Origin: Patescibacteria group bacterium
Lineage (GTDB): Bacteria; Patescibacteriota; Minisyncoccia; Phycocordibacterales; Phycocordibacteraceae
Assembly (NCBI GenBank): GCA_018823385.1
Contig: JAHJIK010000049.1
Location: 1-28,846, forward strand
DNA length: 28,846 nucleotides
Direction: 5' to 3'
Below are positions 18,863 to 26,537 of this stretch, one piece after another. Within the stretch, counting starts at the first letter, position 1. Each line of letters begins with the position of its first letter. The position numbers and the translations under genes are program-made. The notes beneath the pieces were generated by a model that was not told where the DNA came from, did no database searches, and saw only the letters and a program-made list of their open reading frames with translations.

Positions 18863-20241
18863 GTACAGCGAAAGCAATTGGAAAAGGAATTGTGTGGGGC
18901 ACTACGGCTTCAGTGGTCGGAAAGTGTGTCGTACTTTTTAATATATTTCTCATATTGCGGACGCTTTCGGTATATGAATATGGGCTCTCCGAGCTCGTTT
19001 TTTCAACCATTTCAGTTATGAGTATCATTCTGCTACCCGGACTCTCAACGGTTATTTTGTCTGATATAAGTCTTGAGCGCGCACAAAATAATCATGCGAA
19101 GATGCGCAGCGTCTTCCGTCAATTTTTCCTTTTGAATCTGATACTCAGTGTCCTCGCTTGGAGTGTGTTATTTTTTGGGTCATCTTATGCGGCTCAACTG
19201 GCAGGAAATGGCACAATAGAATATTTTCTTAAAATTGTTTCCTTTACGTTTTTAGTTTCGCCTTTCAGAATGGCGGCGCAGCTTTTGGCAGGCTTTGAGT
19301 TGCGATTCTTCGACCAGTCATTCTATTCAGTGGTAGAAGAGCTTTTTAAGGCTTTTTTACTCTGTATATTCCTGCTTTTCTTGCATCTCGCAATAGATGG
19401 TCTCCTGTTCGCAGTTGTTCTTTCACAAGTACTGGCCGTTCTTGTATTTACTCCGAGGACTATTAGGGCATATAGGCGGATGGGGACTCAAACTACAGAT
19501 GATGTTGAGCCAATTTGGAAGTTGCTTGGAAGTCACCGGAAATGGGGAATTGCTTCTTCATATGTAAGTAACATTACTCAGGCCGCACAGGTTTGGCTTA
19601 TTCGGCTTGTGCTGGGTACTGAAGCGGTAGGACTATTCGCATTTGCATCTGGTATCGTGAGTCAGGTCTCCTCTTTTCAGCCTCTATCATCTGTTTTATC
19701 GCCGATACTTCCTGCCTATATTAAAAAGAAGCAAGAATTCTCTGCATTAATTCGTACTTCAATTAAGTTTCAACTTGCGTTTGGATTAGTGTTAGTTGTG
19801 CTTGGGTATATTGGTCTTCCTGTTCTTATATACATTTTCCCAAAGTATGCTGCAGCAGTTCCGCTAACACAGATTCTGCTCTTAACTGTTGTTGTGTCTG
19901 GCGTTGCGGCGTTATTCAATCCAGTTTTCTCTGCCATGCAGCGACAAATAGTACTGCTTTACTCGGGAATTCTTAAACTTGTTTTAACGTTCATACTATT
20001 CACTATATCAATGTTAGTTTTCGGCATACCAGGAATAGGTTACGCAAGCATCATTATATTTATCATTATAATTACTGAGAGGATCTGGAGACTCAAAAGG
20101 GAGATTCCTGATTTCACATTTTCAATTTCGGATCTGTACACATTTTCAAGCGACGAAAAACGCTATATCAAATTATTATTAAATATTGTAACTAAAAAGT
20201 GGTCATGGCTTCCTTCAAAATATGAAAACCGTTCTCATTAG
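18859..20241 (+). CDS. Wzx-type oligosaccharide flippase
   Basis: About 12 hydrophobic segments; MOP-family N-terminus (GIVWGTTASVVGK...RTLSVYEYG) and mid-protein GTEAVGLF; inside a glycan cluster. Confidence 0.85.
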   Translation: MSTAKAIGKGIVWGTTASVVGKCVVLFNIFLILRTLSVYEYGLSELVFSTISVMSIILLPGLSTVILSDISLERAQNNHAKMRSVFRQFFLLNLILSVLAWSVLFFGSSYAAQLAGNGTIEYFLKIVSFTFLVSPFRMAAQLLAGFELRFFDQSFYSVVEELFKAFLLCIFLLFLHLAIDGLLFAVVLSQVLAVLVFTPRTIRAYRRMGTQTTDDVEPIWKLLGSHRKWGIASSYVSNITQAAQVWLIRLVLGTEAVGLFAFASGIVSQVSSFQPLSSVLSPILPAYIKKKQEFSALIRTSIKFQLAFGLVLVVLGYIGLPVLIYIFPKYAAAVPLTQILLLTVVVSGVAALFNPVFSAMQRQIVLLYSGILKLVLTFILFTISMLVFGIPGIGYASIIIFIIIITERIWRLKREIPDFTFSISDLYTFSSDEKRYIKLLLNIVTKKWSWLPSKYENRSH

Positions 20242-21619
20242 CATCTTCGACAGTAACATGGTTAGAAATATCCTCAGAACTGAGGTGCTTCGGACAATCG
20301 TAGCAGATATTTCGATAGACACAGTCGTTCTGCTTGTGCATCCAAAGAAGTGTGTCGAGTATAAAAAAGAGTTTGAAACTGAGAAGGTTCAGGTTGTCCC
20401 ATATGATACGACTCCGGCGACAAAACTAGAACAGTTCTTTTGGTTTCTGTTACGTAACTCAATTCACACGAAAAACGTACGTACTAAAATAGACGAGCTC
20501 CTCTTCACATCATCAGGTAATTTCTCAACTAGACTCATAAAACATATAGCCGCAAGGATTATATTTTCGGCGACGAAGGTGTCTTTCGTGGACATGTTTT
20601 TGCGACGACTAACAATTCATGTACATAACGAGGTGGAGTGGTTGAAAGTACTAGAAAAGTACTCGCCAAACCTAGTATTCCTGCCGACTATTTTTGGGAA
20701 TCGAGATATCCAGCTTTTGAAAGCGTGTCGTAGTACTACGACACCTACGTTAGGAATGATTAAAAGCTGGGATAATTTAATCGGCAAAGATCCTTTGTTG
20801 ATATGGCCGGATCGCCTAGTAGTACACAACGAGATTGTGAAGCAATATGCGATTTCTATGCACTCATATCCCGAAGAGCGAATATTTATATCTGGTTTAC
20901 CTCAGCTTGATGTGTATGTTACCAACAATAGAATACGTACAAGAGATCAGTTCCTTAGCTCGCTTGGAATTGATCCAAAGGCGCTGTTAATTGTGTATAG
21001 CGCTGTAGGAAAGTTGATCTCGTACCATGAGCCAGAAGTCATACAGTACCTTTCTGAGCTAATCGGTTCTGGCGGGGTCGTGAAAGACGCACATTTACTT
21101 GTCAGGCTTCATCCTGCCTATCCCAGTGATGAAGGTCTGCTGAAAGAACTCCCAAACACAACTATCATTCGGCCAGGAAGGGTGGGGGTGGACGATAACC
21201 CGCTCAGGTTTGATTTCGAATTTGATTCTGAAGAAACAACGGCACTTATGGAAACGCTTAAGTGGGCTGATGTATTAATTCAAAGCGGTTCGACCATGGC
21301 GATAGACGCTGCCTGTTTTGATACACCCATAATTAGTCTTGGGTTTGACGGGTATATAGAGAATGAGAAACTGGAGTTTTCAAACCGAAGACTCCTCATC
21401 AAAGATCACTACCAACGCATACTGGATACTGGCGGCACGAAAGAGGTGTATACAGAAAAGGAGTTAATCTCAGCCATACAAGAATATATAAGACATCCTG
21501 AAGCCGACAAGGCTGGGCGAGCGAGAATTGTTGATGAACAGTGTTACCGACTTGACGGCAAGTCGGGTAGAAGGGTTGGGGAGTACATCCTTACGTATTT
21601 ACAGCAAATCTCGGCCTAG
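20222..21619 (+). CDS. TagB/TagF (CDP-glycerol glycerophosphotransferase)-like GT-B protein
   Basis: SWDNL, SGLPQLD, LLVRLHPAY, ADVLIQSGSTMAIDAACFDTPII; a GT-B motif set seen in this broad family. Confidence 0.6.
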   Translation: MKTVLISIFDSNMVRNILRTEVLRTIVADISIDTVVLLVHPKKCVEYKKEFETEKVQVVPYDTTPATKLEQFFWFLLRNSIHTKNVRTKIDELLFTSSGNFSTRLIKHIAARIIFSATKVSFVDMFLRRLTIHVHNEVEWLKVLEKYSPNLVFLPTIFGNRDIQLLKACRSTTTPTLGMIKSWDNLIGKDPLLIWPDRLVVHNEIVKQYAISMHSYPEERIFISGLPQLDVYVTNNRIRTRDQFLSSLGIDPKALLIVYSAVGKLISYHEPEVIQYLSELIGSGGVVKDAHLLVRLHPAYPSDEGLLKELPNTTIIRPGRVGVDDNPLRFDFEFDSEETTALMETLKWADVLIQSGSTMAIDAACFDTPIISLGFDGYIENEKLEFSNRRLLIKDHYQRILDTGGTKEVYTEKELISAIQEYIRHPEADKAGRARIVDEQCYRLDGKSGRRVGEYILTYLQQISA

Positions 21620-21620
21620 T

Positions 21621-21648
21621 TTGCTCTTGATGAAATGCGTCGTAGAAT
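21621..21648 (+). promoter_or_regulatory. Internal promoter for the SDR-Gfo-neuA-pyruvyl transferase unit
   Basis: TTGCTC, 16 nt, TAGAAT (21643-21648), 6 nt, ATG 21655. Confidence 0.6.
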
Positions 21649-21654
21649 GCATAC

Positions 21655-22392
21655 ATGAGTAAACTGCAGTTACAGGGGAGAGTCATTTTAGTTACTGGCG
21701 GAGCAGGCTTTCTCGCGAGTCAATTTATCCCTGAATTAGAGGCTGAAGGAGCGGTAGTTGAGGTTTTAGATATCAACGGCGATCGGCCAGTTGATATTGT
21801 AAACGCGGAAGAAGTGAGGGCTCGCGTTGCTGAAATACTTGCCACTCACTCTAAAATTGATGGTTTTGTACATGCAGCAGCAATAAATCCAACACCTGGT
21901 TCTGGTACTCCTCAGTTTTCTCCATACGAGGATTTTCCTATTGAACTTTGGAAAGCCGAGTTCGATGTGAATCTTACTTCAGCTCAAATTGTAATGCAGG
22001 CAATTTCACCACACTTGAAGAAGAGTATGCGGGGAAGTGTCGTATTTATCTCTTCTGATCTTGGGCTGATTGCACCGAACAATTCAATATACGAACCTGG
22101 CAAGTTTAAGGATATCGCCTACGTGTCTTCAAAGGCAGGACTACTTGGTTTGATGCGTGGATGGGCAAGTTATCTTGGGCCGTACGGTGTCCGTGTAAAT
22201 GCATTGGTGCCGGGAGGTATGGAGAACGGGCATGCAAAAGATTTTCTTGAAAAAAACGGTAAGCTTAATATGTTGGGAAGGATGGCTCGTCCAGGCGAAT
22301 ATAACGCGGCTATAACTTTTTTGCTATCAGAAAGTTCTACATACATGACCGGGTCATCGCTTGTAATCGATGGAGGTAGAACAGCTTGGTAA
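21655..22392 (+). CDS. Short-chain dehydrogenase/reductase (PtmA-like)
   Basis: LVTGGAGFL, AAAINP, AYVSSKAG (YxxxK), RVNALVPGG, YMTGSSLVIDGG.TAW. Confidence 0.88.
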   Translation: MSKLQLQGRVILVTGGAGFLASQFIPELEAEGAVVEVLDINGDRPVDIVNAEEVRARVAEILATHSKIDGFVHAAAINPTPGSGTPQFSPYEDFPIELWKAEFDVNLTSAQIVMQAISPHLKKSMRGSVVFISSDLGLIAPNNSIYEPGKFKDIAYVSSKAGLLGLMRGWASYLGPYGVRVNALVPGGMENGHAKDFLEKNGKLNMLGRMARPGEYNAAITFLLSESSTYMTGSSLVIDGGRTAW

Positions 22393-22393
22393 T

Positions 22394-23386
22394 ATGAGGC
22401 TTTTGATACAAGGATGCGGCTCAATAGGTCAGAGACATTACAAAAATGCCGTTTTGCTTGGACATGACGCAGCATTCTTGAGAGAGTCAGAATCCAGGCG
22501 CCCATTTGTTCAGAAGTTCTTTGACGAAGAACAGCAGCTCGGTCGTAGTGTGCCCAAAGTGTTCACTTCAATGCAAGACGCAATCGAATCTTGGAAGCCG
22601 GACGCTTTAATTATTGCGACTCCAAACAATATGCACCTTTCGAATGCGAAACTCGGCGCATCAAATAACTTACCGATGCTAATTGAAAAACCAGTCGCAA
22701 TCTCTGAAGATGGTCTGAGAGACCTTGTCGAAGAGGTGGAGTCGCGAGGCATTGTCACAATGGTTGGGTATAATTTGAGGTTCCACCCTTTGTTGCAAAG
22801 GATTAAAGATATGGTGGATACGAAATATTTAGGCACCGTACTCTCTGTGGATGTAGAGGTGGGTGAGAATATTGCTGATTGGCATCCGTGGGAAGACTAT
22901 TCTGAAACGTATGCTCCATATATAGCTAGTGGCGGTGGAAGCTTGTTATGCTTCAGTCACGATATTGACTATGTGTATTGGTTATTTGGTGCCCCCTCAT
23001 CTGTGGAAGCAGTGGGAGGAAAACTCACTCCCTTAGAGGGGGACGCGGAGGATATGGTTAAAACGCTCTGGAGATTTGATGATGGGCTTGTGGCAAGCCT
23101 ACACATTGACTATTTCCAGCGGCCTAAGGTGCGTACGCTTAAGATAATAGGAACAAATAAAATCATCGAATGGGACGCATACGGTAGTTTGATAGTTTGG
23201 GACCAGATCACGTCTCAGAAAGAGGAGATTACTGTTCCGGAAGGGTTCGAGAGAAACGACATGTTTAAAGAGGAGCTTGCACATTTTATCCGTGCTGTAG
23301 AAAAAGGAACACAAACAAACATACCGCTTTCCCAAGGCTGCACTGTTGTTAACATTGTAGAGAGAATTAAAGGTAGACTGAAATAA
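22394..23386 (+). CDS. Gfo/Idh/MocA oxidoreductase (PtmF-like)
   Basis: GCGSIGQRH, IIATPN, IEKP, VGYNLRFHP, GGG.LL..SHDIDY, SLHIDYFQ; start follows TAA-t. Confidence 0.88.
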   Translation: MRLLIQGCGSIGQRHYKNAVLLGHDAAFLRESESRRPFVQKFFDEEQQLGRSVPKVFTSMQDAIESWKPDALIIATPNNMHLSNAKLGASNNLPMLIEKPVAISEDGLRDLVEEVESRGIVTMVGYNLRFHPLLQRIKDMVDTKYLGTVLSVDVEVGENIADWHPWEDYSETYAPYIASGGGSLLCFSHDIDYVYWLFGAPSSVEAVGGKLTPLEGDAEDMVKTLWRFDDGLVASLHIDYFQRPKVRTLKIIGTNKIIEWDAYGSLIVWDQITSQKEEITVPEGFERNDMFKEELAHFIRAVEKGTQTNIPLSQGCTVVNIVERIKGRLK

Positions 23387-23387
23387 T

Positions 23388-24107
23388 ATGAAAAAGGATA
23401 TACGTGTACTGGCCATAATTCCTGCTCGAGGTGGCTCAAAAAGCATTCCGAAAAAGAATATACATGATGTCTGCGGCATGCCTTTGATTCACTATTCAAT
23501 TAAGGCTGCAAACGAATCTGCTCTCATTGATGCTGTAATCGTATCAACTGATAGTCCTGAGATAGCTGAGATCGCAAAGTTGTGCGACGGGGAAGTCCCA
23601 TTTTTGCGTCCTGCGGAGTTTGCTCAGGATGACTCACGAGATGTGGAGTATTTACGTCATGCTGTGGAATGGGTTCGGAAAGAAAGAGGATGGCACCCAG
23701 AAATCATTGTCATGGTGCCGCCTACCTCACCATCACGAACAGCGGCAGATCTCGACAGGGCAATTCAACACTTAATAGATTCAAACGCAGACTCCGTAAG
23801 AACTGTTGTTCATAATCCACATTTTAATCCATACAAAATGTGGCGAAAGATCAGCGGGTCAGAAGACAGAATCGAGCCTATTTTCGAGAATGGCTATAAT
23901 GGTTTACCCAGGCAGGAAATCGGTGACAATTATTACCAGCCAGTTGCAATTGCATATGTTATGAAAGTAGAGAATATAGATAAAGGAGAACTGTGGGGAG
24001 AGGATATTAGAATGGTGCCATTCCCACTCGAAAGATTTACAGATATAGATACCTATGATGATTTGCATCACGCAGAACAGGTTCTTAAAATATATTCGCA
24101 AGCATGA
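23388..24107 (+). CDS. neuA: CMP-nonulosonic acid synthetase (acylneuraminate cytidylyltransferase, NeuA family), no fused HAD domain
   Basis: IIPARGGSKSIPKKNI, VSTDS.EIA, PFLRP.E.A.D, PTSP.R, DIDT..D. Confidence 0.9.
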   Translation: MKKDIRVLAIIPARGGSKSIPKKNIHDVCGMPLIHYSIKAANESALIDAVIVSTDSPEIAEIAKLCDGEVPFLRPAEFAQDDSRDVEYLRHAVEWVRKERGWHPEIIVMVPPTSPSRTAADLDRAIQHLIDSNADSVRTVVHNPHFNPYKMWRKISGSEDRIEPIFENGYNGLPRQEIGDNYYQPVAIAYVMKVENIDKGELWGEDIRMVPFPLERFTDIDTYDDLHHAEQVLKIYSQA

Positions 24108-25327
24108 AAATCGTACATTTGGCAAACTGGAATAGCACGAATATTGGTAACGGAGCATTAATTTACGGCACAGAGCGAGTAATATCCGAAGATTTTTCGG
24201 AGCAGGTGGAGTTCTTGCCTGAAGCATGGGATGACTACACATTTAAAAAAAAGTTTTTTGATGAGGACTTTGTAGACCTGGTAAATTCAAATGCAGATGC
24301 GCTTCTCATAAATGGCGCTGTTACATTCAATGCATATCGGAGGTCGTACACTGCAACAGGGATGCGGTTTAATTTACCGCTTGAGCTGTGGGATAAGATA
24401 AACAAGCCAATAATCTTTTACGGTGTTTCGTATAGGTGTTGGCCATTTCAAAAGTACCCAAATAGAGAGGCGTTTAAAGCAATGTTGGTAAAAGCTACTA
24501 CAGACAAGAAAGTGTTTTTCTGTGTACGCAACGATGGGACAAAGGAATGGATTGCAAAAAACTTTGGCATCGATTCCGAGCATGTTCACGAGGTACCGGA
24601 CCCCGGGCTCTTCGTTCCTGCGAGCAATCTTGAGTATCCAGAGCTGCATGAAACAAAAAAGAATGTAATCATCTCATTTAATGGTGAAGACCCAATGCAT
24701 CGATTCGCCACTGTATTTGAAAAGACTGTTATTAGGGTTTTGCAAAACGTTGTCGATCCGGCTAGACTCGATAGGTTTTTAAATCGCTTCGGGCTGTACC
24801 GACTAGAGCGAGATCGAATAATAAAGGAAATCGTTCGTGCAGTAGAGGGCATCTCTAAGGAAATCGACACTCAGTTCATTCTTGTACCGCACTACTTGGA
24901 CGATTACGGGATGATCCAGCGATTTATAGAGCTCGTACGTGAGCATATTGCACACCAATGTATTGTGTCTACTGGCCTTGTCGGCGTGCCACACACGGCC
25001 TACTTCTATGGTCGATATGCAAAGGCTGATTTGGCAATTTCAATGCGTGTGCACTCCATGTCGCCCTCAATTGGTCTAGGCATCCCTGTCGTGCCGATTA
25101 CTTCGCAGGGTCGAATGAGAAACTTTCTCAAAAAGGCTGGCCTTAGTGACATTGCGGTAGATGTGTCTGAAAAAGGGTTCGGAGATACATTGCAATCGAT
25201 GTCTATTTCCTTGCTCAAGGACCCGTCATCCTTTAAAAACAATGTAGCGCCCAAAGTAGAGATAATGAGAGAAAGATATAAGGTAATGAACGCTCAAATA
25301 GAAGCATTCATCGGAAAGAACTCTTAG
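24104..25327 (+). CDS. Polysaccharide pyruvyl transferase family protein
   Basis: NIGNGAL, FCVRNDG, EVPDPGL, ISMRVHS...IGLGIPVV, the PS_pyruv_trans/WcaK-like motifs. Confidence 0.8.
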   Translation: MKIVHLANWNSTNIGNGALIYGTERVISEDFSEQVEFLPEAWDDYTFKKKFFDEDFVDLVNSNADALLINGAVTFNAYRRSYTATGMRFNLPLELWDKINKPIIFYGVSYRCWPFQKYPNREAFKAMLVKATTDKKVFFCVRNDGTKEWIAKNFGIDSEHVHEVPDPGLFVPASNLEYPELHETKKNVIISFNGEDPMHRFATVFEKTVIRVLQNVVDPARLDRFLNRFGLYRLERDRIIKEIVRAVEGISKEIDTQFILVPHYLDDYGMIQRFIELVREHIAHQCIVSTGLVGVPHTAYFYGRYAKADLAISMRVHSMSPSIGLGIPVVPITSQGRMRNFLKKAGLSDIAVDVSEKGFGDTLQSMSISLLKDPSSFKNNVAPKVEIMRERYKVMNAQIEAFIGKNS

Positions 25328-25330
25328 ATA

Positions 25331-25366
25331 TAAAAAACCTGCGCCACAGATATGTGCAGCGCAGGT
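25331..25366 (-). terminator. Terminator between the convergent pyruvyl transferase and neuB genes
   Basis: ACCTGCGC-CACA-GATA-TGTG-ca-GCGCAGGT with an A6 run at 25332-25337 (a U-tract on the minus strand). Confidence 0.7.
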
Positions 25367-25387
25367 ATAAGTTAGAAAGTCTGAAGG

Positions 25388-26353
25388 TCAGTCTCCGCTG
25401 ACCCGTCGAAGTTTCTTCGCAACCGGACGTTCTTCGTCGTAGAACTTAATGTCCCCATCGCCCATTACGAGAGGAAGCTCTTCGACGGCCCGAACAAGTC
25501 TAGCCATATCGTCTGCTTCGATTGATGAAGCCTGGTCGCTGCCGAACATCCCTCGAAAGAGGGTCAAATGCTTTTCAATCATGACCGCCCCCAGAACTGC
25601 AGAGGCATAAGCCGGTTTGATTCCGAGATCATGTGAAGAGAATCCGATAGGGATGCCCGGGTACATGTCCTGCAAGGTTTTCATCCCTCGCAAGTTGATC
25701 ATCGACAGGCCGCGATCATTCTGTCCGGACCGAAACGTCGGGTAGACGCTCGTGCAGTGCAGGATAACCAAGTTGGACGGGTCGAGATGCCCAACCGCTT
25801 GAGCGATCATGTCGACGTCAGACATGCCAGTCGAAAGAATGATAGGTCTGCCGGTTTTCCTCAAGTGATTGAGCAGTCCCGAATCCGTCAAAGAGGCCGA
25901 TGCGACCTTGTGACAGGGCGGATTGAACTGCTCAAGAAAATCGACTGACAGCTCATCCCACGGAGACGCAAACCAGAGAATCCCGAGAGACTTGCAGTAC
26001 TCGTCGATCTCCTTGTACTCGCTTTGGGTCAGCTCAAGAGCTCGCTTCAGGTCGCCGTTGGTAGTTTCGCCGGTCTCGTTCAGTTCAGCGACCCTTTCTT
26101 TCGAAAGGACACCTCGTTTGATTGCCAGATTGATGACGTCAGACGGGACTTCGCGCGGCACCGCAAGTTCCTCAGGACTGTAGACGATGTCCACGGTCCG
26201 TTTCTGGAACTTTACAGCGTGACAGCCGGCCTTGTGGGCGGCGTCGATTAGAAGTTTTGCCTGATGGACGTCGCCGTTGTGGTTGATTCCAATTTCAGCC
26301 ACAATCATGCAATGGTCAGGCTGGCCAACCAAGAAGTTGCCGATTTTAAGCAT
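25388..26353 (-). CDS. neuB: Nonulosonic acid synthase, NeuB family; lacks the C-terminal SAF/antifreeze-like domain
   Basis: VAEIGINHNGD, AVKFQKRT, WFASPWD..SVDFL, KVASA, PIILSTGM, LHCTSVYP, GFSSHD.G, MIEKHLTL, GSDQASS; ends at ERPVAKKLRR. Confidence 0.93.
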   Translation of the reverse strand: MLKIGNFLVGQPDHCMIVAEIGINHNGDVHQAKLLIDAAHKAGCHAVKFQKRTVDIVYSPEELAVPREVPSDVINLAIKRGVLSKERVAELNETGETTNGDLKRALELTQSEYKEIDEYCKSLGILWFASPWDELSVDFLEQFNPPCHKVASASLTDSGLLNHLRKTGRPIILSTGMSDVDMIAQAVGHLDPSNLVILHCTSVYPTFRSGQNDRGLSMINLRGMKTLQDMYPGIPIGFSSHDLGIKPAYASAVLGAVMIEKHLTLFRGMFGSDQASSIEADDMARLVRAVEELPLVMGDGDIKFYDEERPVAKKLRRVSGD

Positions 26354-26359
26354 AGAATA

Positions 26360-26436
26360 CTCCTTTCGGGAGTTGAGGGGTGTGGAAGGTTCGTCGACTC
26401 TGGCCGTATAGTACAGATTTTATTGATTCAAGTCAA
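26360..26436 (-). promoter_or_regulatory. Canonical sigma70 promoter plus SD for neuB
   Basis: Minus strand: TTGACT (26436-26431), 17 nt, TACTAT (26413-26408); SD AAAGGAG (26366-26360) 6 nt before the ATG, within the hairpin ACTCC-CGAAA-GGAGT. Confidence 0.7.
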
Positions 26437-26537
26437 TTCGCGTAATGAATACAAAGAAATATGAGTCAAAAGAAATACAAGACAAATTAGACAGATCAAA
26501 CAGACCTTTATTCTATCGATGATAGAATAAGTGAATT

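Noticed and set aside
26440-26510. Short A-rich direct repeats (AAAGAAATA, AATACAA) in the neuB-ligase intergenic region
   Set aside because: Low complexity in AT-rich DNA and not distinguishable from chance.
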